Positions 1-9,539 of a DNA stretch of 61,567 bases are shown here, piece after piece. This stretch comes from an uncultured Bacillales bacterium (lineage in GTDB: Bacteria; Bacillota_I; Bacilli_A; RF39; UBA660). The notes beneath the pieces were generated by a model. It searched no databases and was not told where the DNA came from. It was given only the letters and a program-made list of their open reading frames with translations. Numbering within the stretch: position 1 is the first letter of the stretch; every line of letters starts with the position of its first letter. The translations under genes were made by a program, and so were the position numbers. The stretch spans positions 1 to 61,567 of the forward strand of contig CAMODE010000050.1 in the NCBI GenBank assembly GCA_946611235.1, written 5' to 3'.

Positions 1-202
1 ATATTGCATTCTGTTACGACAACAACATCTGCACTCTGATTGTTCAGCATTTCGAGGCTCAATACTAACTCTAATACCTGACTGTCTACGCTTAATAATA
101 AATGTTACCATTTATTATCCAAGACTCGCTACTAGTGGTGTTGGTGCACCTTACTAGGTAGGATTTCCACCTACTAAACTATACAACCTAACCCGGTCGC
201 AC
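1..202 (-). mobile_element. Group II intron, 5' part (domain I), inserted in sense orientation in dinD; runs off the window
   Basis: Minus strand reads exon ...GCTAACGATA|GTGCGACCGGGTTAGG...GTAGGTGGAAATCCTAC...GAGTCTTG...AAGCGTAGACAG...TATTGAGCCTCGAAA. Canonical GUGYG 5' end at 202, abrupt GC rise, and a hairpin loop containing UGUCGU (21-16) complementary to the last six exon bases ACGAUA. Confidence 0.85.
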
Positions 203-746
203 TATCGTTAGCAGTTTCTCCATTATATAAGCCTCTATATCCTGCGTTATGAAATTTGTCAAAATTTTTAACACCCGCCTTACTAGCGGCAATATTTAAA
301 GAATTATTTCCTTTTCTAGTTAAACTTCTTTGATAGAATCTTTTTTCATCTTCGCTAAGTTCACTATATTCTTTTTCACTTAATTCTTGTTTTCTTGTTT
401 GGATAGCAAAATATGTTTTAGCTAAAGCAATTACTTTCTTCCTCGGATCACAATTAAGTACAATTAAATAGCAAGCATATCTTGATAACTTGTAATCAGT
501 TATATTTCTCTTTGTATTTGAACCAATACTAACCATTTTATCGGCACTGATAAAATGGTCTGAAGTATTGTTATTACTGTTTTCACAATTATCTATAGCC
601 TTTTTAATTACATTTGAAAATCTTTGCCATAATGTATATTCTAATACTTCCATTAATTCTCTAGCTAACCAATATTCATTACCAAATTCATCAATATGTT
701 TAATGTCTTCAAATACTTTTTCTGTATATTCTTTTATTTCATTCAT
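203..746 (-). CDS. dinD: DNA damage-inducible protein D (BRO-N-like), 5' exon only
   Basis: FEDIKHIDEFGNEYWLAREL, DYKLSRYACYLI, GDPRK-like CDPRK, AKTYFAIQTRKQE, FHNAGYRGLY motifs. Start at 746 after GGAAGAGG. The ORF-track tail SATGLGCIV is intron read-through. Confidence 0.85.
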
Positions 747-890
747 TTTATCCTCTTCCTTCCTATAAGCTATATGTTTCAACCTTCAATTAATTATTTT
801 TAAGTTATTATCTTTCGTTTTTCCTCCTTTTATAAATTTTTTTCATTCATATGATTATGCTATTAAAAACTGTTTTTTTATATCACCTAT

Positions 891-950
891 CTCTTTCCTG
901 TTCTCCATTTTGTAATTATATATTATAAAGTTGAATTACATCATAGTCAA
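891..950 (-). promoter_or_regulatory. Sigma-A promoter plus conserved downstream motif (copy 1 of 3)
   Basis: TTGACT-17nt-TATAAT followed by ATATAATTACAAAATGGAGAACAGGAAAGAG; nearly identical upstream of comEA and the ORF6N gene. Confidence 0.75.
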
Positions 951-990
951 TATTTAGATCAAAAAAAATAATCCAATTTATAGGATTATT

Positions 991-2202
991 CTAAAAATTA
1001 AACATAAGCCATTCTGGTTTTAATATCAAAAGCACACCAAGTATTAACATAATTATTCCTCCAATTAAATGCGAATACTTTGTATATTTATTTGATATAG
1101 CTTTTATTTCTAATGTCTTCATAGCTATTACAAAAATTATAATATCATCTATTAAGAAGAATATAATATAAAGTAGCATATAAAATATATACTCAGTAGT
1201 ACTTAAATTATTTAAAGATAATACTTCAGTAAAGATAACCGGAAGTCCTAAACTACATAGTAGTTCTATTAAATTAACAAGAAAAGCCAGTACCATAATA
1301 CCAAGTAATGCTATTATAAATTTCTTTTCACTAACAATTTTCTTAATATAAGAAATTATTTTTTTTCTCTTCTTTTCATCAGTTACTTCGCAGCCTACAT
1401 CTTTCTTTCTAGATTTAATATAATTATAGATATTAATAATACCAAAGATAATAGCAAATATACCTATTAAACTTCTAACTAATGATACTTTATTTATAAA
1501 AGACGCAAGATTAAGCCATGAAGCCATAAATAAGAAATATACTATTCCAGAAGTAAGAATAAAGGTAAGTCCTAGAGTCCACATCTTCTTTTTATCTTTC
1601 ATACCAAATAGCATACTAATTAAAAAGATAAGTATCCACATAGCACATGGATTAAAGCCATCTACTAATCCTATGACAATAGCAAGTATTGGAATAGAAG
1701 CATCCTTCGCTGATATTTCTCCAAGTATTGGAACATTGTATACTTCATCTTTATAATTATCATTCGCATTAGATGTATTACTATTATCATCATCTTCTAT
1801 ATCATTATTATCTAATGCTTTACCTAGATATTCTCCTGTTTTATCTGGGCAACTATTTTCTAAACAATGTTCAATTCTTTTAATTATCTTTTTCTGTATA
1901 CCATCACTATAACCCGTAATAACATAATCACCAATTACTAAGTATGGAATACCATCAGCTTCTTTACCAGTAATTTTAGCTACCTCCTCTAGTTTACTAA
2001 CATTATCTTTATCATACCATACTTCATATTTATATAAATGAATATTATCTTTATCTTCTAAATATTCATCAAAGAAGGCAATCTCATCTCTACAGTGAGG
2101 GCAACCATCACCATGGAATAAATATATATTTAGTTCCTTTCCAAATACTATATTTGGTATTAACATTATTATAAATAATAATATATAACTATACTTCTTC
2201 AT
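991..2202 (-). CDS. Exported glutaredoxin/thioredoxin domain fused to CcdA/DsbD-like transmembrane domain
   Basis: Signal peptide, CPHC motif, DGFNPCA and ELLCS cysteines in a multi-TM C-terminal half. Confidence 0.75.
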   Translation of the reverse strand: MKKYSYILLFIIMLIPNIVFGKELNIYLFHGDGCPHCRDEIAFFDEYLEDKDNIHLYKYEVWYDKDNVSKLEEVAKITGKEADGIPYLVIGDYVITGYSDGIQKKIIKRIEHCLENSCPDKTGEYLGKALDNNDIEDDDNSNTSNANDNYKDEVYNVPILGEISAKDASIPILAIVIGLVDGFNPCAMWILIFLISMLFGMKDKKKMWTLGLTFILTSGIVYFLFMASWLNLASFINKVSLVRSLIGIFAIIFGIINIYNYIKSRKKDVGCEVTDEKKRKKIISYIKKIVSEKKFIIALLGIMVLAFLVNLIELLCSLGLPVIFTEVLSLNNLSTTEYIFYMLLYIIFFLIDDIIIFVIAMKTLEIKAISNKYTKYSHLIGGIIMLILGVLLILKPEWLMFNF

Positions 2203-2446
2203 CTTTAATAATCCTTTCTATCTCACTATAAGAGTGTTCTCCCTCTAATCTTTTAATTTCTTTATCACCATTATAAAAGATAATTACTGGGAGTATTTTG
2301 CCTACATTATATTTACTTATATCATCAAAATCATAATCAATATTTTCTATCTCAATATTATAATTATCTTTAATTTTATTCATAACATTATTCATGATAA
2401 TACATGACATGCAAGTCATACTATTAATTTTAACTATTTTCATCAT
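2189..2446 (-). CDS. Thioredoxin-like protein
   Basis: CMSC motif and the cis-Pro region LPVIIF; 85 aa; overlaps both neighbours. Confidence 0.75.
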   Translation of the reverse strand: MMKIVKINSMTCMSCIIMNNVMNKIKDNYNIEIENIDYDFDDISKYNVGKILPVIIFYNGDKEIKRLEGEHSYSEIERIIKDEEV

Positions 2447-3554
2447 TCATATACTCCTTTAAAACATCTATAAAATAATCAATTTCTTCATAAGTAGTTT
2501 TATAAGAAATACTTACTCTTACACTACTTAGTGCTCTTTCTTCATTATACATATTTTTAACTACCATCGACATATTCTTATCACTCGAGCAGGCACTCTT
2601 TGTACTTATATAAATACCTTTATCATTAAAATATTTTTGAATACTATTACTATCTTTACCTATAATACTAAAATTAAGAATATGGGGAATACTATTATCT
2701 GTACTATTAATATAAATATTATTATACATACTTAATGCATTCCTAATCTTATTATTTAATTCTTTAACATAACTATACTTAGTATCAATACTATCTTTAA
2801 ATAAATCAAAAGCACAAGATAAACTATAAATAAGTTCAGTACTAGGAGTTCCACTCCTGTAAATAGTAGTGCTTCTTCCTCCATGAATCAAAGGAACTAT
2901 CCTAATATTTTTTTTCTTTATAAGGCCTCCGATTCCTTTAAAAGTATAAATCTTATGTCCTGAAAAAGAAGCCATATCAATATTATCTAAATTAATATTA
3001 ACTTTACCAAGTCCTTGAGTTATATCACTATGGATATATATTTCTTGATCATATTCTTTTACTACCTTAAATACTTCTTTAGTATTAAGAAGTATTCCAA
3101 GTTCACTATTAACTAAGCATATACTAACTAGTAATGTATTACTATCTAATTTACTTTTTAAATCTTCTATATCAACTAGTCCATTACGATCTAATTTAAC
3201 AAATTCTACTATATAACCTTTACTTTGTAGATAACTAAGAGGACTTAATATACTAGAATGTTCTAAATACGTTGTAATAATTTTCTTTCTCTTACTACCC
3301 TCTATTAAACCTTTAATAGCGGTATTATTAGATTCTGATGATCCAGAGGTAAATATTATTTCTTCTTTATCGATATTAAAGTATGAACAAATATTGTTAA
3401 TACTTTTATTGATAATAGACTTACTACTAAGTCCCAAATCATGAATAGAATTAGGGTTAGCATAACTATCTTTAACTAATTCATTAAACTTTTCTAATAC
3501 ATTATTATCCACCATTGTCGTGGCACTATAATCTAAATAAACTTTCTTCTTCAT
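2430..3554 (-). CDS. iscS: Cysteine desulfurase (IscS/NifS class V aminotransferase)
   Basis: YLDYSATT, NPNSIH, FTSGSSESNN, SGHK (PLP lysine), SACSS catalytic Cys. Confidence 0.9.
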   Translation of the reverse strand: MKKKVYLDYSATTMVDNNVLEKFNELVKDSYANPNSIHDLGLSSKSIINKSINNICSYFNIDKEEIIFTSGSSESNNTAIKGLIEGSKRKKIITTYLEHSSILSPLSYLQSKGYIVEFVKLDRNGLVDIEDLKSKLDSNTLLVSICLVNSELGILLNTKEVFKVVKEYDQEIYIHSDITQGLGKVNINLDNIDMASFSGHKIYTFKGIGGLIKKKNIRIVPLIHGGRSTTIYRSGTPSTELIYSLSCAFDLFKDSIDTKYSYVKELNNKIRNALSMYNNIYINSTDNSIPHILNFSIIGKDSNSIQKYFNDKGIYISTKSACSSDKNMSMVVKNMYNEERALSSVRVSISYKTTYEEIDYFIDVLKEYMNDENS

Positions 3555-3613
3555 AATATCACAATTATTATTTTATAACAAAATTTAATAAAAATAAATA
3601 AATAACTAGTTGA

Positions 3614-3648
3614 AAAAACTAAAGCATAAGTTTAGTTGCTTTAGTTTT
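3614..3648. terminator. Inverted repeat / intrinsic terminator
   Basis: AAAACTAAAGCA-N10-TGCTTTAGTTTT. Confidence 0.55.
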
Positions 3649-3699
3649 ATTATTTTATAATATCCTTTATGATGTACAATAACCATTATCAATAATACT

Positions 3700-4055
3700 A
3701 TTATTTTTTTCTTACCTAAATTTTTTATCTTACTATAACAAGCTTTCTCTTTATAATTATTAATATCTAATTTCTCTAAATATAAATCATTTCGATTTAT
3801 TACGGCACTATATTCTTCTCTATTAATTTAAACATCAATAATTAATCCTTTATCAAATTAAGCATTAATTATCAACTACTTTACTATGTTCTTTAATATG
3901 TTCATAAGTGAGTTCTTTATCCATAAACATAATATAATTATTTCTCATATATTTATCTAAATCAAAACATATAATTGAAAATTTTTTAAAGGAATCGGTA
4001 TTACACTCCATAATCATTTTAAAGAATTTATCATTAGTAAATGTACAAACATATT
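3700..4055 (-). pseudogene. Decayed PD-(D/E)XK nuclease (Rpn / PDDEXK_2 transposase-like) fragment
   Basis: Manual translation gives FTNDKFFKMIM...HIKEHSKVVD* then, after a shift, DKGLIIDV*INREEY...INRNDLYLEKL, resembling the Rpn pattern with the putative catalytic Glu replaced by TAA. Confidence 0.5.
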
Positions 4056-4139
4056 ATTATCTAAATATTCTAAAGTAATAAAATGATATATTTGTTTTAA
4101 AAAATATTAAATTTGACACCTATTAATGTAAAGTGAACA

Positions 4140-4940
4140 TTAATTACTAAATAGTAATTTAATTATTTTATTATTAGATAGTTTAAGACTAAAATAATTG
4201 ATAAAAATAGATAATACTTCATATAAAAGTATTGATAAATATAAATAATTATTTATATTAAAAGCGAATCTAAATATATACATAAATATACCAAATATAA
4301 TACTACCTAATACCTCACCATACTTAGTAAGAGGACTATACCTGTTATCAGATACTATAAATAATAAGCAAAATAAAGTTATATCAAATAAAGAAATATT
4401 AATAATAATATGAATTAATAATAAAATTATAAAAGATAATATTAATACATTCCTTTTAACTAATCTATTAAAATATAAATATATAAAACTAATAATACAT
4501 AATAATATATAAATATAATAAAATATACCAGCATAACTATCAATAATATAATTATTAGATAAATAGAAAGATATTAATAAAGAAGTAATAATAACATTAC
4601 TTATTTTATTCTTAAATAAATAACTAATAATATTACCAATAATACTACATATTATAAACAAAAATAGAGAAGTATTACTAGGTATAATAAAAGAAATTAA
4701 TAAAGAAGATAATAAGTAATAACTATCATTTCTTTTATTAATAAGAATTAATACAAAATAATAGATAAAATAAATAATTAAAGGTTTAAATATCAAATAT
4801 AAATTACAAGTAGCACCCATAATAAAAGAATATATTCCTATATAAAATATCTTAAATATAAGAAATAATATTAATAATGAAATAATTTTATAATTATCTT
4901 TATCAATATCATTATTACTTCTAAATAAAATACTATTCAC
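4140..4940 (-). CDS. RnfD-like polytopic membrane protein, highly diverged
   Basis: Many TM helices, SDNRYSPLTKYGEVLGSIIFG resembling RnfD D..TSP.T..G...FG; directly follows an RnfC-like gene. Confidence 0.6.
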   Translation of the reverse strand: MNSILFRSNNDIDKDNYKIISLLILFLIFKIFYIGIYSFIMGATCNLYLIFKPLIIYFIYYFVLILINKRNDSYYLLSSLLISFIIPSNTSLFLFIICSIIGNIISYLFKNKISNVIITSLLISFYLSNNYIIDSYAGIFYYIYILLCIISFIYLYFNRLVKRNVLILSFIILLLIHIIINISLFDITLFCLLFIVSDNRYSPLTKYGEVLGSIIFGIFMYIFRFAFNINNYLYLSILLYEVLSIFINYFSLKLSNNKIIKLLFSN

Positions 4941-6078
4941 TCTTAATCACCTCTTTAGCTTTATCAATATAATTATTTAAATTAATATGTGATGGACATA
5001 TATAAGAACATAAAGAGCATTCTATACATTTATCAATATTAAGTTTATATAAATCATTTTTATTATTAATATTCTTCATAATAAATACAGGTATTAAATT
5101 AACCGGACATACTCTTATACATTTACCACATGAATTACATTCCTTTTCTTTTATACTATTATTCTTAGTAACAAATATAGCCTTTACATCTTTTAAAATA
5201 ATCGTATCACTATTTATTTGTTTACCAGTAAAAGGACCTCCTATTGTAATAGTATAGTTTTTTTTATAACCACCTAAATAATTAATAATTTCTTTTACTG
5301 AAGTACCAATCTTAACCTTAATACAAGTACTCTTAATACCAGTACCACCAATAGTAATAATTGTTTCATTCTTTGGTATATTATTTTTAATAATTCCTTC
5401 CATATCTATTAAAGAAAGAAGATCAAGTATCCATATCTTTTTTTCTAAACTAGTTTTATTATAAGTATAATTAAATAATTCCTTAAGTAATAATTTATTA
5501 TTACTAACTGGATAATAATTATCTACCTTAATAATCTTAATATTAGGATAAGTACCAATATGATTAAATAAATTATTATATAGTTTATCTGAAGTAACCG
5601 CTATTAAAGTTTTAGAAATATTAAGTTTATGCATAATATTATCAATAATATTAAGTATACTAGAAGATTCTTTATCTATATATATCCTTTTTGAAAAAAT
5701 ATAAGGTTCTATATCAATAGCATTAATAACTAAATATTTGATATCATAATTATCATATATATCAATAAAATTATTACTCCTTAAAGAATTAATAAACATA
5801 TCTTTATTAAAAATATAATTATTGCTTTGATACTTCTCTTTATAATCATTTTCAATTACCATACAATTAGTTTTCCTATTATCAATATCCATATAAATAT
5901 TCTCTCTAACATAACCAGATATAGGACTATAAACATTATCCATAATCATATCATTTTTATATATATAATCTCCTACTAAATATTTAGAACTATCTACTGG
6001 AATATAAATAAATTCTGGTCTTAAATAACTGTCTATTTTACTACAACTATACTTCTCTTTAATATATACCTTTTCCAT
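4933..6078 (-). CDS. RnfC/RsxC-like Fe-S protein, diverged
   Basis: YSPISGYV sandwich motif, LVINAIDIEPY, GGPFTG SLBB motif, two CxxCxxCxxxCP clusters. Confidence 0.75.
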   Translation of the reverse strand: MEKVYIKEKYSCSKIDSYLRPEFIYIPVDSSKYLVGDYIYKNDMIMDNVYSPISGYVRENIYMDIDNRKTNCMVIENDYKEKYQSNNYIFNKDMFINSLRSNNFIDIYDNYDIKYLVINAIDIEPYIFSKRIYIDKESSSILNIIDNIMHKLNISKTLIAVTSDKLYNNLFNHIGTYPNIKIIKVDNYYPVSNNKLLLKELFNYTYNKTSLEKKIWILDLLSLIDMEGIIKNNIPKNETIITIGGTGIKSTCIKVKIGTSVKEIINYLGGYKKNYTITIGGPFTGKQINSDTIILKDVKAIFVTKNNSIKEKECNSCGKCIRVCPVNLIPVFIMKNINNKNDLYKLNIDKCIECSLCSYICPSHINLNNYIDKAKEVIKSE

Positions 6079-6113
6079 AATTTCTCCTAAAAAAAGTAGT
6101 ATATTTTCATATA

Positions 6114-6785
6114 CTACTTAACATTTCCTTTTTTATTTTCAATATCTTTTTGTAGTTCATAATAAGCCCTTTTAAATATATCAGCAAACTCTTCAAGCGA
6201 AGAATCATTAATAATACTAAGCAATTTTTTATACTGCTTAAATGCATTATCATACTCTGTACTTCTAGGTTCAAAATTATCCTCTACTAATTTTAAATAC
6301 TCATGTAAAATCATTTTCTTTAATTCTTTTTCATCTATATAGTTACTTTCTTTCGATACTTCAATAAATTCATCTTTACATAACTTATAAATATATATAA
6401 GAACATCACCTACTGAATCAAATACTTCAAATATTTTAGAAGCTTTTACTATATCTATATTTCTACCAATCTTTTTTAACAAATCGTTAGTAAAAATAGC
6501 AAGTGCCACTCCTAATCTATATCTAAAATCATTATATAACATATTAATTTCTTCATTACTTTTAGTATTAGATAAATTAGATTCAAAAATAAAATACTCA
6601 ATATATAAACTCTTAATTAACGCATAAGTATCTAATCTTTCAGCTTCATTATATGCTCTTAAAATATCTTTCTTTTCATTATCAAATCTCTTTATGTTTC
6701 CTATAGTACCATTTTCAAAATCAATACCATAAAAATAATTATCTCTAATATTACTTAATATAACGTCTTTATTCATAATATTCAC
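6114..6785 (-). CDS. Hypothetical protein
   Basis: 223-aa ORF abutting the rhomboid gene; no motif recognised. Confidence 0.6.
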   Translation of the reverse strand: MNIMNKDVILSNIRDNYFYGIDFENGTIGNIKRFDNEKKDILRAYNEAERLDTYALIKSLYIEYFIFESNLSNTKSNEEINMLYNDFRYRLGVALAIFTNDLLKKIGRNIDIVKASKIFEVFDSVGDVLIYIYKLCKDEFIEVSKESNYIDEKELKKMILHEYLKLVEDNFEPRSTEYDNAFKQYKKLLSIINDSSLEEFADIFKRAYYELQKDIENKKGNVK

Positions 6786-7916
6786 CTACTTAAATGCCAT
6801 ATAACTAATAAATAAAATATATAAAATAGTAAGTATTGTACCATTAATATTATCCCTTTTACTACCTTTGCCAGGAACTCCTACCATCATTGATAAAAGT
6901 ATTCCCCCTACTAATCCACCAATATGTGCAGTATTATCAATACTAGTACTCATAAAACCAATAATAAGATTAAATACAATAACAGGAAGTATACTCCTTT
7001 TAATCGAATTACCAAGATATGCTCTATAATAATAGCCAAAGTATAATAGTGATCCAAGAAGTCCAAAGATAGCTCCCGATGCCCCAGCAGATACTGTATT
7101 ATGAGTAAAGGTCATCGATAAAAGACTACCACATATACCACTACCAACAAATATAATTAAATATTTAATTTTACCATATAAACTTTCTATTTCTTTACCA
7201 ATTACATATAAAGAATACATATTACATATCAAATGCCATATTCCAATATGTAAAAAAATACACGTAAATAATCTATAAAATTCTCCATCTTTAACTAATA
7301 CATCTAAATTAGCGCCAAAAGATAGTAATGTACCAGTATCCTCTGAGCCCTTTCCAAATAAGTACATAGCTATGAATAATAGAATACATATAGCCATTAT
7401 TCCATAAGTAATAAAAGGTACCTTATATGAAAATATTCTTTCTGCTTCTCTACCTCTTGCTTCATTCTTAGCATTAATACTATTAGTAACCTTAACAAAG
7501 TATTCAATACCCTTTTCATTATGTCTCGTTTTATTAACAATATTAGGAAAAATATTAGTAAGCTTAGGATTATTAATATCTTCTTCTTTCTTAATATAAA
7601 TATCATCATCAGAAAGTAATTTTTCATTTTCAATATCTGTATATATACTAAGAACATTAACCTTAAAAGAAAAAGTCTTTTTCTTAACTTGCTTAACAAT
7701 CTTACCAAGTTTAAACTTATCAAAATCAAGTTGTTCTTTATTATGAATATGATGAGAAACAATTCTAATAATTTTATAATCACCATCTAAATTTTCAAGC
7801 CATATTTCATCATTAAGTCCATGAATAATCATTGGGTTATAATTTTCTTCTGTAACAAAATAATTAATTAAATTCATTACAAGTAAATCATCACTCTTAA
7901 ATAAAATCTCTTGCAT
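6786..7916 (-). CDS. Rhomboid family intramembrane serine protease (GluP/YqgP-like)
   Basis: RLFTCIFLH, HLICNM, GASGAIFG catalytic Ser, AHIGG catalytic His. Confidence 0.9.
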   Translation of the reverse strand: MQEILFKSDDLLVMNLINYFVTEENYNPMIIHGLNDEIWLENLDGDYKIIRIVSHHIHNKEQLDFDKFKLGKIVKQVKKKTFSFKVNVLSIYTDIENEKLLSDDDIYIKKEEDINNPKLTNIFPNIVNKTRHNEKGIEYFVKVTNSINAKNEARGREAERIFSYKVPFITYGIMAICILLFIAMYLFGKGSEDTGTLLSFGANLDVLVKDGEFYRLFTCIFLHIGIWHLICNMYSLYVIGKEIESLYGKIKYLIIFVGSGICGSLLSMTFTHNTVSAGASGAIFGLLGSLLYFGYYYRAYLGNSIKRSILPVIVFNLIIGFMSTSIDNTAHIGGLVGGILLSMMVGVPGKGSKRDNINGTILTILYILFISYMAFK

Positions 7917-8049
7917 ATAAATTCTCCTTCTTATTAATTATACAAGATTTTTCAAAATAAATAAAGACTTTTTATATTATTGTTTAGCAAACAAAAAAAT
8001 AGTGACCCAATTATCACTATTTACTTATTAATTATTTTTATATTATTAA

Positions 8050-8391
8050 TTATCTACCATTATGATGTGAACTAACACTTTTAGTTTTTGCACTATAACT
8101 TTGTCCTACATAATTTATAATACCTTGATAAGCAACATTAAAATCAAATGGTTCTTCAAACATATATTTAACAACATCAAAAGAAAAGCCAAAATAATTA
8201 GCAATTCTTTCCTTTACTTCATCAGAAGGACATACTCTGTTACCTCTTATAAGGTCATTCCAAAATGTATGAGATATGCCAATGGAATCTGCAAAAGCAT
8301 TACCTGACCTACCAGATAAAAATTGAAAAAATTTGCATACATTCATAGTATTATTGACACTATTATATTGCCCTTTTAAATTGTTATCCAT
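8050..8391 (-). CDS. XRE/Cro-like HTH protein
   Basis: FADSIGISHTFWNDLIRG...PS...ERIANYFG pattern. Confidence 0.6.
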   Translation of the reverse strand: MDNNLKGQYNSVNNTMNVCKFFQFLSGRSGNAFADSIGISHTFWNDLIRGNRVCPSDEVKERIANYFGFSFDVVKYMFEEPFDFNVAYQGIINYVGQSYSAKTKSVSSHHNGR

Positions 8392-8499
8392 AAAAACATC
8401 CCCCTTTGTTTACGAACAAATATATTAGCATAAAAATAAAATGCTGTCAAATCACATTATTAGCATTTTTAAATATAATATTATGAAAGGAGTAATCTA

Positions 8500-8685
8500 A
8501 TGTATAATAAGAGACCCGGTTTTAGGCCAGGATTTAATAATAATCGCTTTGGAGGAGGCTTTTTAGGTCCATTCTTACTAGGAGGAATAACGGGAGGATT
8601 AGTGGCTCCATTCTTCTATCAAAGACCATATCCTAATTATTATCCTGTATATCCTGTTTATCCATATAGACCATATTATTACTAA
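8500..8685 (+). CDS. Small G/F/Y/P-rich protein (spore-associated-like)
   Basis: AAAGGAG RBS, GPFLLGGITGGL and YP-rich tail, followed by a terminator hairpin. Confidence 0.6.
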   Translation: MYNKRPGFRPGFNNNRFGGGFLGPFLLGGITGGLVAPFFYQRPYPNYYPVYPVYPYRPYYY

Positions 8686-8712
8686 AAACATTCTAAAAAA
8701 GAGTGTTTTTTT
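8684..8712 (+). terminator. Intrinsic terminator
   Basis: AAAAACATTC-loop-GAGTGTTTTTTT. Confidence 0.6.
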
Positions 8713-8738
8713 CTTTAAATATGTGATAGAATTAAATT

Positions 8739-9044
8739 ATGAAAAAGTTTAATATGATTGATGAAAATTTTATTTGTGAAAATTGTGGTAAAGAAGTTAA
8801 AAAACTAGGATATACCGCTAGGGATCATTGTCCATATTGTTTATATTCTAAACACTTAGATATTAATCCTGGAGACAGACAAAATACTTGTAAAGGATTA
8901 ATGAAACCAATCGGTATTGAAAAATATAAAAACAGTTATAAAATAATTTATAACTGTGAAAAATGTCATACAAACCATAAAAATATTATGGCAACAGATG
9001 ATAATTTTGATTTAATAATATACCTATCCAATATTAATCACTAA
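8739..9044 (+). CDS. RNHCP domain zinc-finger protein
   Basis: FICENCG, RDHCPYCLYSKH, PGDR, CKGLM, CEKC. Confidence 0.85.
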   Translation: MKKFNMIDENFICENCGKEVKKLGYTARDHCPYCLYSKHLDINPGDRQNTCKGLMKPIGIEKYKNSYKIIYNCEKCHTNHKNIMATDDNFDLIIYLSNINH

Positions 9045-9486
9045 ATAAAGAAGTAATTACCGGAAGTAAGAAAATAAAGACAAGAAGAACCACTATTATA
9101 AGTAAGGCTATTTTAAACTCAGGTCCTAAGTTAATAGATGCCTTCTTTTTTTTAGTATTATTTGAAACAAACGTTCTTTTAACAGGACTATCATTATTAA
9201 CTACTTCATTATTTAAACTAGTATTAGTATTAGTATTAGTATTAGTATTATTTTGATTTATATTACTATAAGGAACACTTCCATTAATACTATTATTTTG
9301 AATATCCATATTATTTTGAGAATTAAAAGTATTATTAACATTATTATTTTGGGCTAGATTAGTATTAACACTCTGAATATTCATGTTCATTGGATCATTA
9401 ACATTCATTTGAGGAATACCTATTGAAGTATTTAGATTACCTGATGCTCGGTAAGGAGTTACATTATTATTATTTTCTTCTTGCAT
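9034..9486 (-). CDS. Asn-rich protein with C-terminal TM helix
   Basis: Low-complexity N-rich body and hydrophobic C-terminal segment. Confidence 0.6.
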   Translation of the reverse strand: MQEENNNNVTPYRASGNLNTSIGIPQMNVNDPMNMNIQSVNTNLAQNNNVNNTFNSQNNMDIQNNSINGSVPYSNINQNNTNTNTNTNTSLNNEVVNNDSPVKRTFVSNNTKKKKASINLGPEFKIALLIIVVLLVFIFLLPVITSLFSD

Positions 9487-9539
9487 ATTTATTCCTCTCT
9501 TTCTATATAAAAGATTTAGGAAACCCTAAATCTTTTTAA

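Noticed and set aside
9218..9250. (GTATTA)n microsatellite
   Set aside because: In-frame hexamer encoding NTNTNT in a low-complexity protein.
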